A DNA stretch of 64,000 nucleotides from Candidatus Aminicenantales bacterium (GTDB lineage Bacteria; Acidobacteriota; Aminicenantia; Aminicenantales; UBA4085). Location: contig JBEKTZ010000001.1 in the NCBI GenBank assembly GCA_049515535.1, forward strand, positions 80,599 through 144,598. The letters are read 5' to 3'. The notes under the pieces were generated by a model. That model did no database searches. It was not told the DNA's origin and was given only the letters and a program-made list of their open reading frames with translations. Of the stretch, positions 1 through 9,470 are shown in pieces. The position numbers were made by a program, and so were the translations under genes. Positions within the stretch are counted from its first letter, which is position 1. Each line of letters begins with the position of its first letter.

Positions 1-10
1 CGGCGAACCG

Positions 11-1561
11 CTACTTTTCCCGCTCCAGCACCCCGGTCACGCAGTTGTTCCGGGTGAAATATTTCTTCGCGACCCGCATCAGATCCGCCGGCGTCACGGC
101 CATGCGTTGTTTGTATTGCTCGTCAAGATACTGCCAGCGGTAGGCCACTTCCATCGAGGCCAATTGGCCGGCGATCCCGGTTCCAGCCAGGCCTTGGAGA
201 TACCTGGCTTCGACCGAGTTCTTCACTCGCTGGAGCAGCACGTCATCGCAGGGCGTGTTCTTGGCGTCTTCGATGTACGTCCATAGCTCCTTTTCGATCT
301 GATCGAGAGGCACGACCGCCTCATTCCTGACTTCCTTGGCCGTGGCGCTCACGCGGAATTCGCCGTCGTACTCGGAATTGGAAGCCCGGGCACTGACGTT
401 GGTCGCGTGCTCGTTTTTCAGCACCATGTCCAGATACATCTTGCCGGTTCTCGCGCTCATGACCTGGCTCAGCATGGAGAGGGGGGCCAGATCGTCATGC
501 CACAGCGCCGGGATATGGAACATGATTTGGACGCTCGGATTCACGGCGGCCCGGCCCATGACGCGCTTTTCGATGTAAGGCGCCTTGAAATCCGGCCCGT
601 TGACCTTCTGGTAATATTGGGGGGTCGGTTCTTCGGAGCGCACGCGCGGCGAGGGGCCTTTGGACGGGATCGGGCCGAAGTACTTGGCCACAAGGGCCAT
701 GGTCGGCTCGACATCCAGGTCGCCGGCCAAAACCAGCACCGCGTTGTCGGGACGATAGTATTGGCTGCGGTAGTCGATCATTTCCTGCTTGGTGATGCGG
801 CTCATGTCGGACATCCAGCCCAGGACTTCCCAATGGTAGGGACTGGCGGCATAGAACGTCGCGTTGAGCTGTTCATTGAAGAAGAACCCGGGGCTGTTCT
901 CGCTCATCCGGCGCTCTTCGGTGATAACATCGCGCTCCGAATAAAATTCGCGAAAGACCGGGTTGGCCATCCGATCCGCCTCGAGCGCCATGTAGAGCTC
1001 GAGCTTGTTCTTCGGCAGCGTGACATAATACTGGGTCATCTCCTGGCCCGTCGAAGCGTTCAGGCCGGTCCCGCCCGCCTCCTGGTAGGCGCCCCAGATC
1101 TCCTGGCTCACGATCGTTTCGGCCTTCTCTTTCGTGAGCAAGTCGGACACCTGCTTTTTGAGGGCGATGATCTTGGCCTCGTCACGCCCCTTGATCTTGG
1201 ATTCTTCGGCTACGATCTGATCTTCGAGGGCGTCGATCTGCCGGTTGTACTCCGTGTCCTTATCGAGCGTACCCGGCTTGATCCCCATCGTATAGGTTCC
1301 CTTGAACATCATATGCTCGTGGAAGTGCGAGATGCCGGTGATTCCCGGCCGCTCATTGACGGACCCGACGCGATAGGCCAGAATGCAGCGGACCGTGGGC
1401 GTGTCCACTCGCTTGACCATCAAGACCTTAAGCCCGTTGGGCAGCGTGCGTTCGATGACCTGTTTCGTCAGGCTGAGCTCCTGCGCCACGATGGGCGCGA
1501 GCCCGATGAACAAAAAAAGCGGAACCAAAAGAACCAAACGTGTGAATTTACGACATATCAT
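11..1561 (-). CDS. M16 family zinc metallopeptidase (pitrilysin/insulinase-like), secreted
   Basis: Inverted zinc motif HFHEHMMFKGT (HxxEH) near the N-terminus. N-terminal signal peptide. Start set at the internal ATG (MICRKF) preceded by GGAGGAGG rather than the ORF-track start at 1576. Confidence 0.8.
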   Translation of the reverse strand: MICRKFTRLVLLVPLFLFIGLAPIVAQELSLTKQVIERTLPNGLKVLMVKRVDTPTVRCILAYRVGSVNERPGITGISHFHEHMMFKGTYTMGIKPGTLDKDTEYNRQIDALEDQIVAEESKIKGRDEAKIIALKKQVSDLLTKEKAETIVSQEIWGAYQEAGGTGLNASTGQEMTQYYVTLPKNKLELYMALEADRMANPVFREFYSERDVITEERRMSENSPGFFFNEQLNATFYAASPYHWEVLGWMSDMSRITKQEMIDYRSQYYRPDNAVLVLAGDLDVEPTMALVAKYFGPIPSKGPSPRVRSEEPTPQYYQKVNGPDFKAPYIEKRVMGRAAVNPSVQIMFHIPALWHDDLAPLSMLSQVMSARTGKMYLDMVLKNEHATNVSARASNSEYDGEFRVSATAKEVRNEAVVPLDQIEKELWTYIEDAKNTPCDDVLLQRVKNSVEARYLQGLAGTGIAGQLASMEVAYRWQYLDEQYKQRMAVTPADLMRVAKKYFTRNNCVTGVLEREK

Positions 1562-1681
1562 CTGGACCTCCTCCATGCCGCTATCTATATATCGCTGCTC
1601 ATGGCTTTGTCAAGGCGTCGGGCGAGCGTGGGGCAAGCAAGGTTTGTTGATATTCGCTCGGAATTTCACTACACTTCTTCT

Positions 1682-4405
1682 ATGAAAAAAATATCGCCTT
1701 TTGCCGTAACCGCTGTTTTCGGTTTGCTGATCCTGTTTCTGAGCACGCCTTCGTTTTCGGTTCCTGCCCACGAGGCCTATCAGCAAAATCTTTACTCCGG
1801 CCTGCGCTGGCGCATGATCGGGCCTTTTCGCGGGGGCCGCGTCAACGCCGTGAGCGGCGTGCCCGGCGAGCCCAACACCTTCTACTTCGGCTCGGTCGGC
1901 GGCGGCCTCTGGAAATCCACGAATGCCGGCCGCACCTGGAGACCGGTGTTCGACGCACAACCTGTCGCCTCGATCGGAGCCATCGGTGTCGCGCCGTCGA
2001 AGCCCGGCGTCCTTTATGTCGGAACGGGCGAAAGCGACATGCGGGATTCGATCGGCTGCGGCCATGGGATGTACAAATCCACGGACGGCGGGAACACCTG
2101 GAAACCCATCGGCCTCGAGGCCACCCGGCAGATCGGGCGCGTCCTTGTCGATACGAAAAACCCGGACATCGTCTTTGTCGCGGCGCTCGGCCACGCGTAC
2201 GGACCCAGTCCCGACCGGGGCGTCTATCGTTCGCGCGACGGAGGCGCGACGTGGCAGAAGGTCCTGTTCAAAAATGACGGGGTCGGCGCGGTCGATCTCG
2301 CCTTCGATCCAACCGACGCGCAGATCGTCTATGCGGCGATGTGGGCCACCCGCCGCCCGCCCTGGTACATCTACGCGCCATCGAACGGCCCGGGCGGCGG
2401 CATCTTCAAGTCCGTCGACGGCGGCACGACATGGCGGCAGCTCACCGCCGGCCTTCCGGCCGAGGGCGTCGGGCGCATCGGCATCGCCGTGGCGCCCACG
2501 AACGCGAGTCGCGTCTACGCCATCATCGACGCGAAAGACGGTGGGCTCTATCGTTCGGACGACGCGGGAGAGAACTGGAGCAAGTTCTCCGGCGAAAATC
2601 GCATCTGGGGACGCGGCTGGTACTTCGGCAGGATCGCCGTCGATCCCAAGAACGCGGACGTCGTCTACGTCTCGAACACGGCGCTATATAAATCCACGGA
2701 TGCGGCCAAAAGCTGGACGCCGATCAAAGGCGCGCCGGGAGGCGACGATTATCATCAGCTCTGGATATATCCCGACGATCCGAACCGGATGATCGTTGCC
2801 AGCGACCAGGGCGCGGTCGTCACCGTCGACGGCGCGGCGACATGGAGCTCCTGGTACAACCAACCGACCGCGCAACTCTACCACGTGGCGGCCGACTATC
2901 GTTTCCCGTATTGGGTGACCGGCGCGCAACAAGACAGCGGCGCCGTGGGAATGCCGACCCGCAGCCCGCATGCCGAGATTTCCATGCACGATTGGACAGG
3001 CCTGGCCGCCGGCGGCGAGAGCGGCTTCACCGCACCCGATCCGCTGCATCCCGAGATTCTCTTCGGCGGGATGGTCACGCGTTGGAACCTTGTCACGGGC
3101 GCAGGTCAGAACGTTTCGCCCGAACGCGGGGGGCAGGGACCGTTCCGGCACGCGTGGACGCAGCCGCTGGTCTTCTCCCAGGCCGATCCGCACGCGCTCT
3201 ACTTCGCCAATCAGTTCCTGTACAAGACGACGAACGGCGGCCAAAGCTGGACGCAGATCAGCGCCGACCTCACGCGCGAGGATCCGGGCGTGCCGCCCAA
3301 CCTGGACGAGGCCGCCGCGGCCGACGCCCCTTCCGGCAAGCGCCGCGGCGTCATCTACGCGATCGCGCCGTCGCCCGTACGCGCATCGATGATCTGGATC
3401 GGAACGGACGATGGGCTCGTTCAAATCACCGCGGACGACGGCCGGACCTGGCAAAACGTGACTCCGCCGGCGCTGACGCCATGGAGCAAGGTGACGATGA
3501 TTGAGGCGTCGCACTTCGACGCGAACGAAGCCTGGGCCGCCGTGGAACGGCATCAGCTCGAAGACTATGAGCCGCATATCTATCGCACGCGCGACGCCGG
3601 CAAGACCTGGCAGAAAATCACGAAGGGCCTGCCCGGGGGCGTCTACGTGCAGGCCGTGAAGGAAGATCCGGCGCGGCGGGGGCTGCTCTTCGCGGGCACG
3701 GAGCTGGGCGTGTTCGTGTCGTTCGACGACGGCGACGACTGGCAGTCGCTGCAGCTCAATCTTCCGCCGGTGTCGATGCGCGACTTGGCCATCCACGGCG
3801 ACGACCTGATCGTCGCGACGCACGGCCGCGGGTTCTGGGTGCTCGACGACATCGCCGCGCTGCGCCAGATCGACGACACGGTCGCGCAGTCGGACGCGGT
3901 TCTCTTCAAACCCGCTGAAGCGATCGCCATGCCGCCGGGCAGCAACTACGGGACGCCGCTCCCGAAAGACGAGCCGTTCGCGGAGAATCCGCCGAATGGG
4001 GCCATGATCGATTACTACTTGAAATCCGCCGCGTCCGGGCCCGTCATGCTCGAGGTTCTCGATTCCGCGGGCCAGGCCATCCGACGCTATTCCAGCGACG
4101 ATCAGAGACCGGCCCAAAATCCAAATATGATCAACGTTGCCGCCGCCTGGGTACCCGCCACGGAGCCTCTTTCGGCCGCCGCAGGCATGCATCGCTGGGT
4201 GTGGGATCTGCGTCCCACTCCAGCCGCCGGCAGCGGCGGACGAGGCGGCGGGGGTTTTGGCGGCGGCGGACGCGGCGGCGCGCCGCTGGTCCAGCCGGGG
4301 ACGTTTACCGTGAAGCTGACAGTCAACGGTAAGAGTTACACGCAGCCGCTCACGGTGAAGCCGGACCCACGGGCGACGAGTCCCGGACCCGGAGGCAACG
4401 ATTAA
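1682..4405 (+). CDS. BNR/Asp-box repeat protein, sortilin/Vps10-like beta-propeller glycosidase-like secreted protein
   Basis: The long ORF 407..4405 is trimmed to ATG at 1682 (MKKISPF, signal peptide). Repeated S-x-D-x-G-x-T-W BNR motifs (KSTNAGRTWRP, KSTDGGNTWKP, RSRDGGATWQK, KSVDGGTTWRQ, RSDDAGENWSK, TRDAGKTWQK). Gly-rich C-terminal tail. Confidence 0.75.
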   Translation: MKKISPFAVTAVFGLLILFLSTPSFSVPAHEAYQQNLYSGLRWRMIGPFRGGRVNAVSGVPGEPNTFYFGSVGGGLWKSTNAGRTWRPVFDAQPVASIGAIGVAPSKPGVLYVGTGESDMRDSIGCGHGMYKSTDGGNTWKPIGLEATRQIGRVLVDTKNPDIVFVAALGHAYGPSPDRGVYRSRDGGATWQKVLFKNDGVGAVDLAFDPTDAQIVYAAMWATRRPPWYIYAPSNGPGGGIFKSVDGGTTWRQLTAGLPAEGVGRIGIAVAPTNASRVYAIIDAKDGGLYRSDDAGENWSKFSGENRIWGRGWYFGRIAVDPKNADVVYVSNTALYKSTDAAKSWTPIKGAPGGDDYHQLWIYPDDPNRMIVASDQGAVVTVDGAATWSSWYNQPTAQLYHVAADYRFPYWVTGAQQDSGAVGMPTRSPHAEISMHDWTGLAAGGESGFTAPDPLHPEILFGGMVTRWNLVTGAGQNVSPERGGQGPFRHAWTQPLVFSQADPHALYFANQFLYKTTNGGQSWTQISADLTREDPGVPPNLDEAAAADAPSGKRRGVIYAIAPSPVRASMIWIGTDDGLVQITADDGRTWQNVTPPALTPWSKVTMIEASHFDANEAWAAVERHQLEDYEPHIYRTRDAGKTWQKITKGLPGGVYVQAVKEDPARRGLLFAGTELGVFVSFDDGDDWQSLQLNLPPVSMRDLAIHGDDLIVATHGRGFWVLDDIAALRQIDDTVAQSDAVLFKPAEAIAMPPGSNYGTPLPKDEPFAENPPNGAMIDYYLKSAASGPVMLEVLDSAGQAIRRYSSDDQRPAQNPNMINVAAAWVPATEPLSAAAGMHRWVWDLRPTPAAGSGGRGGGGFGGGGRGGAPLVQPGTFTVKLTVNGKSYTQPLTVKPDPRATSPGPGGND

Positions 4406-4420
4406 CTCAGAAGAGGATCG

Positions 4421-5788
4421 TTGCAAAGGAGCCAAATGGAACATCATATCTTCGAACGCATCGGGAAATTTACGTTTATCATTCTGGCCCTAGCGGCGCT
4501 TTTCAACTTTGCGACGCCCCCGGCCGCCCTGGGACGCCCATCCGATGCTCAAGCCGCGCGTGTCCAAAACGCAGCCCCCGCCCTTCTGCTCCGGCCGGCG
4601 CGCGTTTTTGACGCCGAAGACGGCAAAACTCACGAAGGTTGGGCCGTGCTCGTGAAGGGCGAAAGAATCGCCGCGGTCGGGCTTGCCGCACAGATCATTG
4701 TGCCGGAAGGCGCAAAAACGATCGAGCTCGCCGGAATGACCCTGCTCCCGGGGCTCATGGACATCCACTCTCACATATTCCTGCATCCCTACAATGAGAC
4801 TCTTTGGAATGACCAGGTGCTGAAGGAACCTCTCGCCTACCGGACCATCCGAGCCGTGCGCCACTGCGAAACCACACTCATGGCGGGATTCACTCTGCTG
4901 CGAGACCTCGGCACCGAGGGCGCTGGCTACGCGGATGTCTCGGTTCAGCGCGCCATCAGGGAAGGCCTGATCCCAGGGCCGCGCCTCCTGGTGGCGACGC
5001 TGGCCATTGTCGCCACCGCCAGCTACGGGCCGGGACCTGCCGGCTTTGCTCCCGACCTCGTCTTGCCGAAGGGCGGTCAGGAAGTGAGCGGGCAGACGGA
5101 GATTATCAAGGCGGTCCGCGAGCAGGTCGGGCACGGCGCCGACTGGGTCAAGGTGTACGCCGATTATCGTCATGGGGTGAGCGGGACCGTTCCAACCTTC
5201 AGCGAGGAAGAGCTGCGCGCGCTGGTGGCGGAAGCCCGCTCCGCGGGCAGGCCGGTGTCCGCCCATGCCACCACCGCGGAGGGGATGCGCCGGGCAACGG
5301 TCGCCGGAGTGGACACGATCGAACATGGGTATGGCGGCACCGAAGAAGTCTTCCGCCTCATGGCCGAGCGCGGGGTTGCGTTTCTCCCCACCCTGACGGC
5401 CGAGGAGGCGTATGCCGAGTATTTCGAAGGATACAAACAAGGCCAGCCTTTCACAGCGGGGATGCAGCAGGCCCTGCGCGCTTTCAAGTTCGCGCTTGCG
5501 GCGGGAGTGACGATCGGGTTGGGGAGCGATGTCGGCGTTTTCGCTCACGGCACCAATTACCGCGAGCTGGAGTGGATGGTGCGCGGAGGCATGACGCCTT
5601 CCCAAGCTCTCCTGGCGGCGACGGCCGTGAACGCCAAGATCATCCGTATGCAGGACCAGCTTGGGCGAATCCGTCCCAATCTTCTGGCCGACCTCGTGGC
5701 CGTGCCCGGCGATCCTACGGAGAATATCCAGGCCATCCGCGATGTGCGCTTTGTCATGAAGGGCGGCGTGGTCTACAAGCGTCCCTAG
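4421..5788 (+). CDS. amidohydrolase family protein (metal-dependent hydrolase), secreted
   Basis: Signal peptide. Metal-binding HxH motif in [13 protein letters not shown]. Length and composition fit the amidohydrolase fold. The start could be the downstream Met (MEHHIF). Confidence 0.7.
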   Translation: MQRSQMEHHIFERIGKFTFIILALAALFNFATPPAALGRPSDAQAARVQNAAPALLLRPARVFDAEDGKTHEGWAVLVKGERIAAVGLAAQIIVPEGAKTIELAGMTLLPGLMDIHSHIFLHPYNETLWNDQVLKEPLAYRTIRAVRHCETTLMAGFTLLRDLGTEGAGYADVSVQRAIREGLIPGPRLLVATLAIVATASYGPGPAGFAPDLVLPKGGQEVSGQTEIIKAVREQVGHGADWVKVYADYRHGVSGTVPTFSEEELRALVAEARSAGRPVSAHATTAEGMRRATVAGVDTIEHGYGGTEEVFRLMAERGVAFLPTLTAEEAYAEYFEGYKQGQPFTAGMQQALRAFKFALAAGVTIGLGSDVGVFAHGTNYRELEWMVRGGMTPSQALLAATAVNAKIIRMQDQLGRIRPNLLADLVAVPGDPTENIQAIRDVRFVMKGGVVYKRP

Positions 5789-5831
5789 CGGTTTCTCGTC
5801 GGGGCGCTTTGCCGCCGCGTCCGTAAAAGCC

Positions 5832-6593
5832 TTAATTCATTCTTTTTAGAATCCGTTTCCAGGTCGGGGTGATCAGGAAGCTCTCGTCCATATCTTCCAC
5901 CATTTCCCCAAACTTTTTGAGCGGCACCGCGAAACTCAAAATATTCTCACCGACATGCGGCCGGGCCGACGGGTCGAACATGCCGATCACCGCCCTCTGG
6001 TTTGGCATATGCGATTCGAGCAGAGGATAGCCGATGATGCTCCCGCATCCCGCCGAAAAAGGCGTCATGACCGAGTGGGGATTCGAGCTCCGAAAATTGG
6101 CCAGAGTGAACAGGCCGCTGAGAACGTCGGGTTTCGCAAAAAAGTTCACGACAAGGGGCGTCTCATCCGCTTCCACTTTGTCCCAACGCCTGAAGACCAG
6201 ATACTTACCCGCGGCTATGATCTGCGTCGTTTCCTTCATCGATTCCACGACGATCTCCGGCGTTTTTTTATAACGCTCGCCCTCCATCTCGCCAGGAATT
6301 CCGCACGACAAAAAATATTTGAATTTCGGCCTGAGTCCCGTCGCGTAGCCCGAATAGCGCGCCCCTCCCTGGCAGCCCATGGTTTCCTTGGAGAAAGCGA
6401 TGGGTTTCCCTTTTCGCGCCAAGCCCAGCATGGCGATGACGCAGAGCTGGGCCGTCCCGCTCCGCCCCGATATCGGCCTCAAAAACTCTGCATATTTCTC
6501 ATCGTCCGAATAGAAGAAAACGAGCGGCACCTCCGCCCCGCCGAAATATTTCCCCCATTTCTTCAGAAAATCTTGCTGGAATGCTTTATCCAT
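5832..6593 (-). CDS. hypothetical protein, possibly DUF169-like
   Basis: Clean 253-aa ORF with good coding character. The DUF169 assignment comes from overall resemblance only and is weak. Confidence 0.4.
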   Translation of the reverse strand: MDKAFQQDFLKKWGKYFGGAEVPLVFFYSDDEKYAEFLRPISGRSGTAQLCVIAMLGLARKGKPIAFSKETMGCQGGARYSGYATGLRPKFKYFLSCGIPGEMEGERYKKTPEIVVESMKETTQIIAAGKYLVFRRWDKVEADETPLVVNFFAKPDVLSGLFTLANFRSSNPHSVMTPFSAGCGSIIGYPLLESHMPNQRAVIGMFDPSARPHVGENILSFAVPLKKFGEMVEDMDESFLITPTWKRILKRMN

Positions 6594-6604
6594 GCCCGCA
6601 CCGA

Positions 6605-7303
6605 CTACGCCTTCGCCGGAAAACCCACGGTCTGGGCGAACAGGACCCGCTGCTCTGGCCGCAATTTGAACTCTTTTGGCGTGTTCACTTTATCACAATT
6701 GTGGAACCAGGCCGCCAGACCGTGCGAGGCGGCGAACAAGTAAACGTTCGAGGCGATGAGACCCGTCGCCACAAAATAATAGGACTTCTGGACTTCCGGA
6801 TCCCCGATGGATCGGTCCGGCTGTCCCGCCATGACGTATCGCGCGAGATCCACGACGTAGAAGATATTCACCGGAGCCGTGCCCGCGGCCCCTCTCCCCG
6901 ACCGCGCTCGAAAGTCGCCGGCAACGACGGGAACTAGGCGGTGAGGAACCGCTTCGTAGAGATAGACTCCCTGGGGCAGGGCGACGTAAAGATCGATTTC
7001 CTGCGAGTTGCTGGCCGAAGCGGCCGTTCGGCCGGGCTTTCCCCTCACCCCTTCGGGCCGGTTCACGCCGAAAGCCGCCCAGAGAAGATTGGAGAGCATC
7101 TGCGGCGAAAGAGGATCGGGACTTACGGTGCGGATGGTCTTTCGCTCCTGGATGGACGCCAGCACGGACTTACCGCCGTCCTTCTCGGGTTTCGGAAGCG
7201 TGATAGGTTGCGGCTCTTGGGCGAAGTTGACGGAAGGGATGCCCAGCACGGCGAACGCCGGCAAAGCCGTCACCGCGCTCTTCACGAATGTTCTTCGTTT
7301 CAT
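6605..7303 (-). CDS. Tat-signal SagB/ThcOx-type nitroreductase-superfamily protein
   Basis: Twin-arginine signal (MKRRTFVKSAVTALPAFA). The LSNLLWAAFGVNRP motif and downstream PSAG-like region are typical of the SagB-type nitroreductase fold. Confidence 0.6.
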   Translation of the reverse strand: MKRRTFVKSAVTALPAFAVLGIPSVNFAQEPQPITLPKPEKDGGKSVLASIQERKTIRTVSPDPLSPQMLSNLLWAAFGVNRPEGVRGKPGRTAASASNSQEIDLYVALPQGVYLYEAVPHRLVPVVAGDFRARSGRGAAGTAPVNIFYVVDLARYVMAGQPDRSIGDPEVQKSYYFVATGLIASNVYLFAASHGLAAWFHNCDKVNTPKEFKLRPEQRVLFAQTVGFPAKA

Positions 7304-7331
7304 TTAATCCTCCTTTTAAGTCGGAAGTCGT

Positions 7332-8084
7332 TCACCATCGATTGATGTTTTGAAACGCCTGTTCCGGGTTCGTCCTGGCCCCCATGGCTAAATCCTTGGC
7401 TTCTCCGACGAATATCTCATATTCGTTATCGGCCATCGCCGACAAAGCGGCTCGAGCGACTTCACCCGGCGGTATGCCTCGATATTCCGGCTCCCCTTCC
7501 TCAGCTGACCCCTTGCCTAATTCAGTATCGACCGCGGGCGGGACTAATTCAAAAACTTTTATCGGAGTATTTCTCAATTGATATCTGAGGGATACGGTGA
7601 ACGAATGAAGGGCCGCCTTGGTCGCGCAATAAACAGGCATAGCGGCTATGGGCACAAATCCTAAACCGGAAGAAACATTAACAATGGCGGCTTCCTTCCG
7701 CTTTAAAAGCCATGGAACAAAATAGGCGGTTAAGCTGATAGGAGCCATCAAATTCGTTTCAATTTCGTTTTTGCCGCTCACCGGCGCTTGAGCTCCCGCC
7801 TTGAGATCGATCATCGTTTGTATTCCCGCGTTATTGATCAATATATTCATGTCTTTGAAATTTTCTTTGGCCCAGTTGAATAGGGATTCGCGTTCCTTCT
7901 CTTTCGATAAGTCGCAGGCTCGAGCACATATCAGGGGCAGTTTTTTCTTGGCCTCTTTGAGCTTATCTTCCCTTCTCCCGCAGATGATGACCGTATTGCG
8001 GGCATGGACAAAGGATTCAGCCAGGGCGAAACCGATGCCTGTCGCTCCGCCGGTAATTAAGACCGTGTTGCCTTGAGTTTTCAT
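7332..8084 (-). CDS. short-chain dehydrogenase/reductase (SDR) family oxidoreductase
   Basis: N-terminal TGGATGIG Rossmann motif. Catalytic YxxxK (YCATK). NNAG motif. About 250 aa. Confidence 0.85.
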   Translation of the reverse strand: MKTQGNTVLITGGATGIGFALAESFVHARNTVIICGRREDKLKEAKKKLPLICARACDLSKEKERESLFNWAKENFKDMNILINNAGIQTMIDLKAGAQAPVSGKNEIETNLMAPISLTAYFVPWLLKRKEAAIVNVSSGLGFVPIAAMPVYCATKAALHSFTVSLRYQLRNTPIKVFELVPPAVDTELGKGSAEEGEPEYRGIPPGEVARAALSAMADNEYEIFVGEAKDLAMGARTNPEQAFQNINRW

Positions 8085-8279
8085 CCATGACCTCCGGCTA
8101 TTTGAAGTCCTGAGTCAAAGATATGCGTCGTCCGCCTTTATGGCTTTCGATGACAATTCCCACTTTACTAACCAGACTTTGACATGTCAACTTGATCAGC
8201 CCAACGGGAATTGGATTTACGGCGCTTTCGTTTTTCTTGACAGCGGCCTGCAAGGGTCAAGGGACGAGCCTTCGCGGGG

Positions 8280-8370
8280 AAGCAGATCCCCGGGCAAAGC
8301 CCGGGGAACTCACCCGCGATGTAAATACCCGGCTGAGTGCGGCGGAAGCGGATCCCCAGACAAAGCCTGG
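8280..8370. repeat. two tandem ~50-bp repeat units each carrying a GC hairpin (CCCCGGGcaaagCCCGGGG; CCCCAGacaaagcCTGGGG)
   Basis: Read directly from the sequence. Lies in the intergenic region downstream of the RluA-like gene and upstream of the SDR gene, both on the minus strand. May act as a terminator or attenuator. Confidence 0.3.
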
Positions 8371-8400
8371 GGCCCCAACCGCCGCCCCGACCGCCGTGGA

Positions 8401-9435
8401 TTATTTCGGTAACGGTGCGGCAGGATCGAGGATGGGTGGAGGAGGACAAAGGACCTCCACGTCTCCGCCCCTTTCCGGATGAGGAAACCGGATTTTCCAT
8501 GAATGCAGGAAATAGCCGCTGTCACCGGGCAGCGCGGAGCGTTCGTCATCCTTGCCGCGGTCAAGAGGAATTCCACCCGATGGATAGAGCGGATCGCCCA
8601 CAAGAGGGAATCCCGCATGGCTGAGATGAATTCGGATCTGGTGGGGCCGGCCCGTGGGAATGGTCACTTCCAGGAGTGTCGCGTTCTCCTGGGGAAGCCG
8701 ACGGATCACCCGAACATGGCTCGTCGATGGCCGACCGTGGGGACAATACGCGTGGATGGTTGTCAGCGGCGGATAGGGAACGGGCCCAATGGGCGCATCG
8801 ACCGTAAATGCATCCGGCATGGCGGTTCCGGAGGCCAAGGCCAGATACACCTTACGGATTCGTCTTTCGTCCATGGCCATTCTTAAAAAATACGCGGTTC
8901 GGGCATTACGGGTGAACAGGATGGCCCCTGAAGTCGCACGCCCAAGCCGATGAAGAGGCGAACATGCGACATCATAGCGTTGACGGACCAGGTGAAGCAG
9001 TGTATTTTCCAAAAAACCGCCGCCGGGAAGGACAGGCAGTCCGGAAGGCTTCGCCAGGACTAAAACATTTGCATCTTCGAACAGAGTTATAATATTTCTT
9101 GGAACATCAGGCTCTTCCCACGCAGGACGATCATAGATAAGCCGGTCGCCCCGAGTTAGAGTATCGTCCGACGATGTCGGCCGCCCATTGAGCAAAACCT
9201 GCCCCATATTGATTCGTTGCTGCCATGTTTCCCGGGTCGAGTGGGTGTAATGAAGGGCATAGAAGGCCGCAACCGAGAGACCTTCGTCTGACTTGAGGAC
9301 GCGATCTGGATAGCTATAGCCGCTATTTTTCATGATATCGGGCGGCGGAAGTGCCGGCTTAACAAGAAAGGGGACGCGGTTCGGTTTTTTCATGATATGC
9401 GGGATCACCATCGTTTGAAAATTAAAGCCGATCAT
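8401..9435 (-). CDS. RluA-family pseudouridine synthase
   Basis: Catalytic motif HRLGRATSG (HRLD family). S4-like N-terminal region. Typical RluA length. Confidence 0.8.
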   Translation of the reverse strand: MIGFNFQTMVIPHIMKKPNRVPFLVKPALPPPDIMKNSGYSYPDRVLKSDEGLSVAAFYALHYTHSTRETWQQRINMGQVLLNGRPTSSDDTLTRGDRLIYDRPAWEEPDVPRNIITLFEDANVLVLAKPSGLPVLPGGGFLENTLLHLVRQRYDVACSPLHRLGRATSGAILFTRNARTAYFLRMAMDERRIRKVYLALASGTAMPDAFTVDAPIGPVPYPPLTTIHAYCPHGRPSTSHVRVIRRLPQENATLLEVTIPTGRPHQIRIHLSHAGFPLVGDPLYPSGGIPLDRGKDDERSALPGDSGYFLHSWKIRFPHPERGGDVEVLCPPPPILDPAAPLPK

Positions 9436-9470
9436 CTTGAAAAAAGATTACTCCAAACCGCGAACCGCGG

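Noticed and set aside
407-1681. 5' extension of the BNR-protein ORF (track ORF 407..4405, 1332 aa)
   Set aside because: The extension is antisense to the M16 peptidase gene. A signal peptide begins at the internal ATG at 1682, which is taken as the real start.
2684-4447. 587-aa minus-strand ORF antisense to the BNR-repeat gene, and similar long antisense ORFs (10209..12020, 19391..20476, 22069..22980, 27168..28088, 29448..30290, 46625..47491, 49565..50635, 50780..51871, 52063..54135, 57075..58631)
   Set aside because: These are high-GC antisense artefacts. They are Arg/Gly/Pro-rich with low complexity. Each is fully contained in a sense gene that carries clear catalytic motifs.
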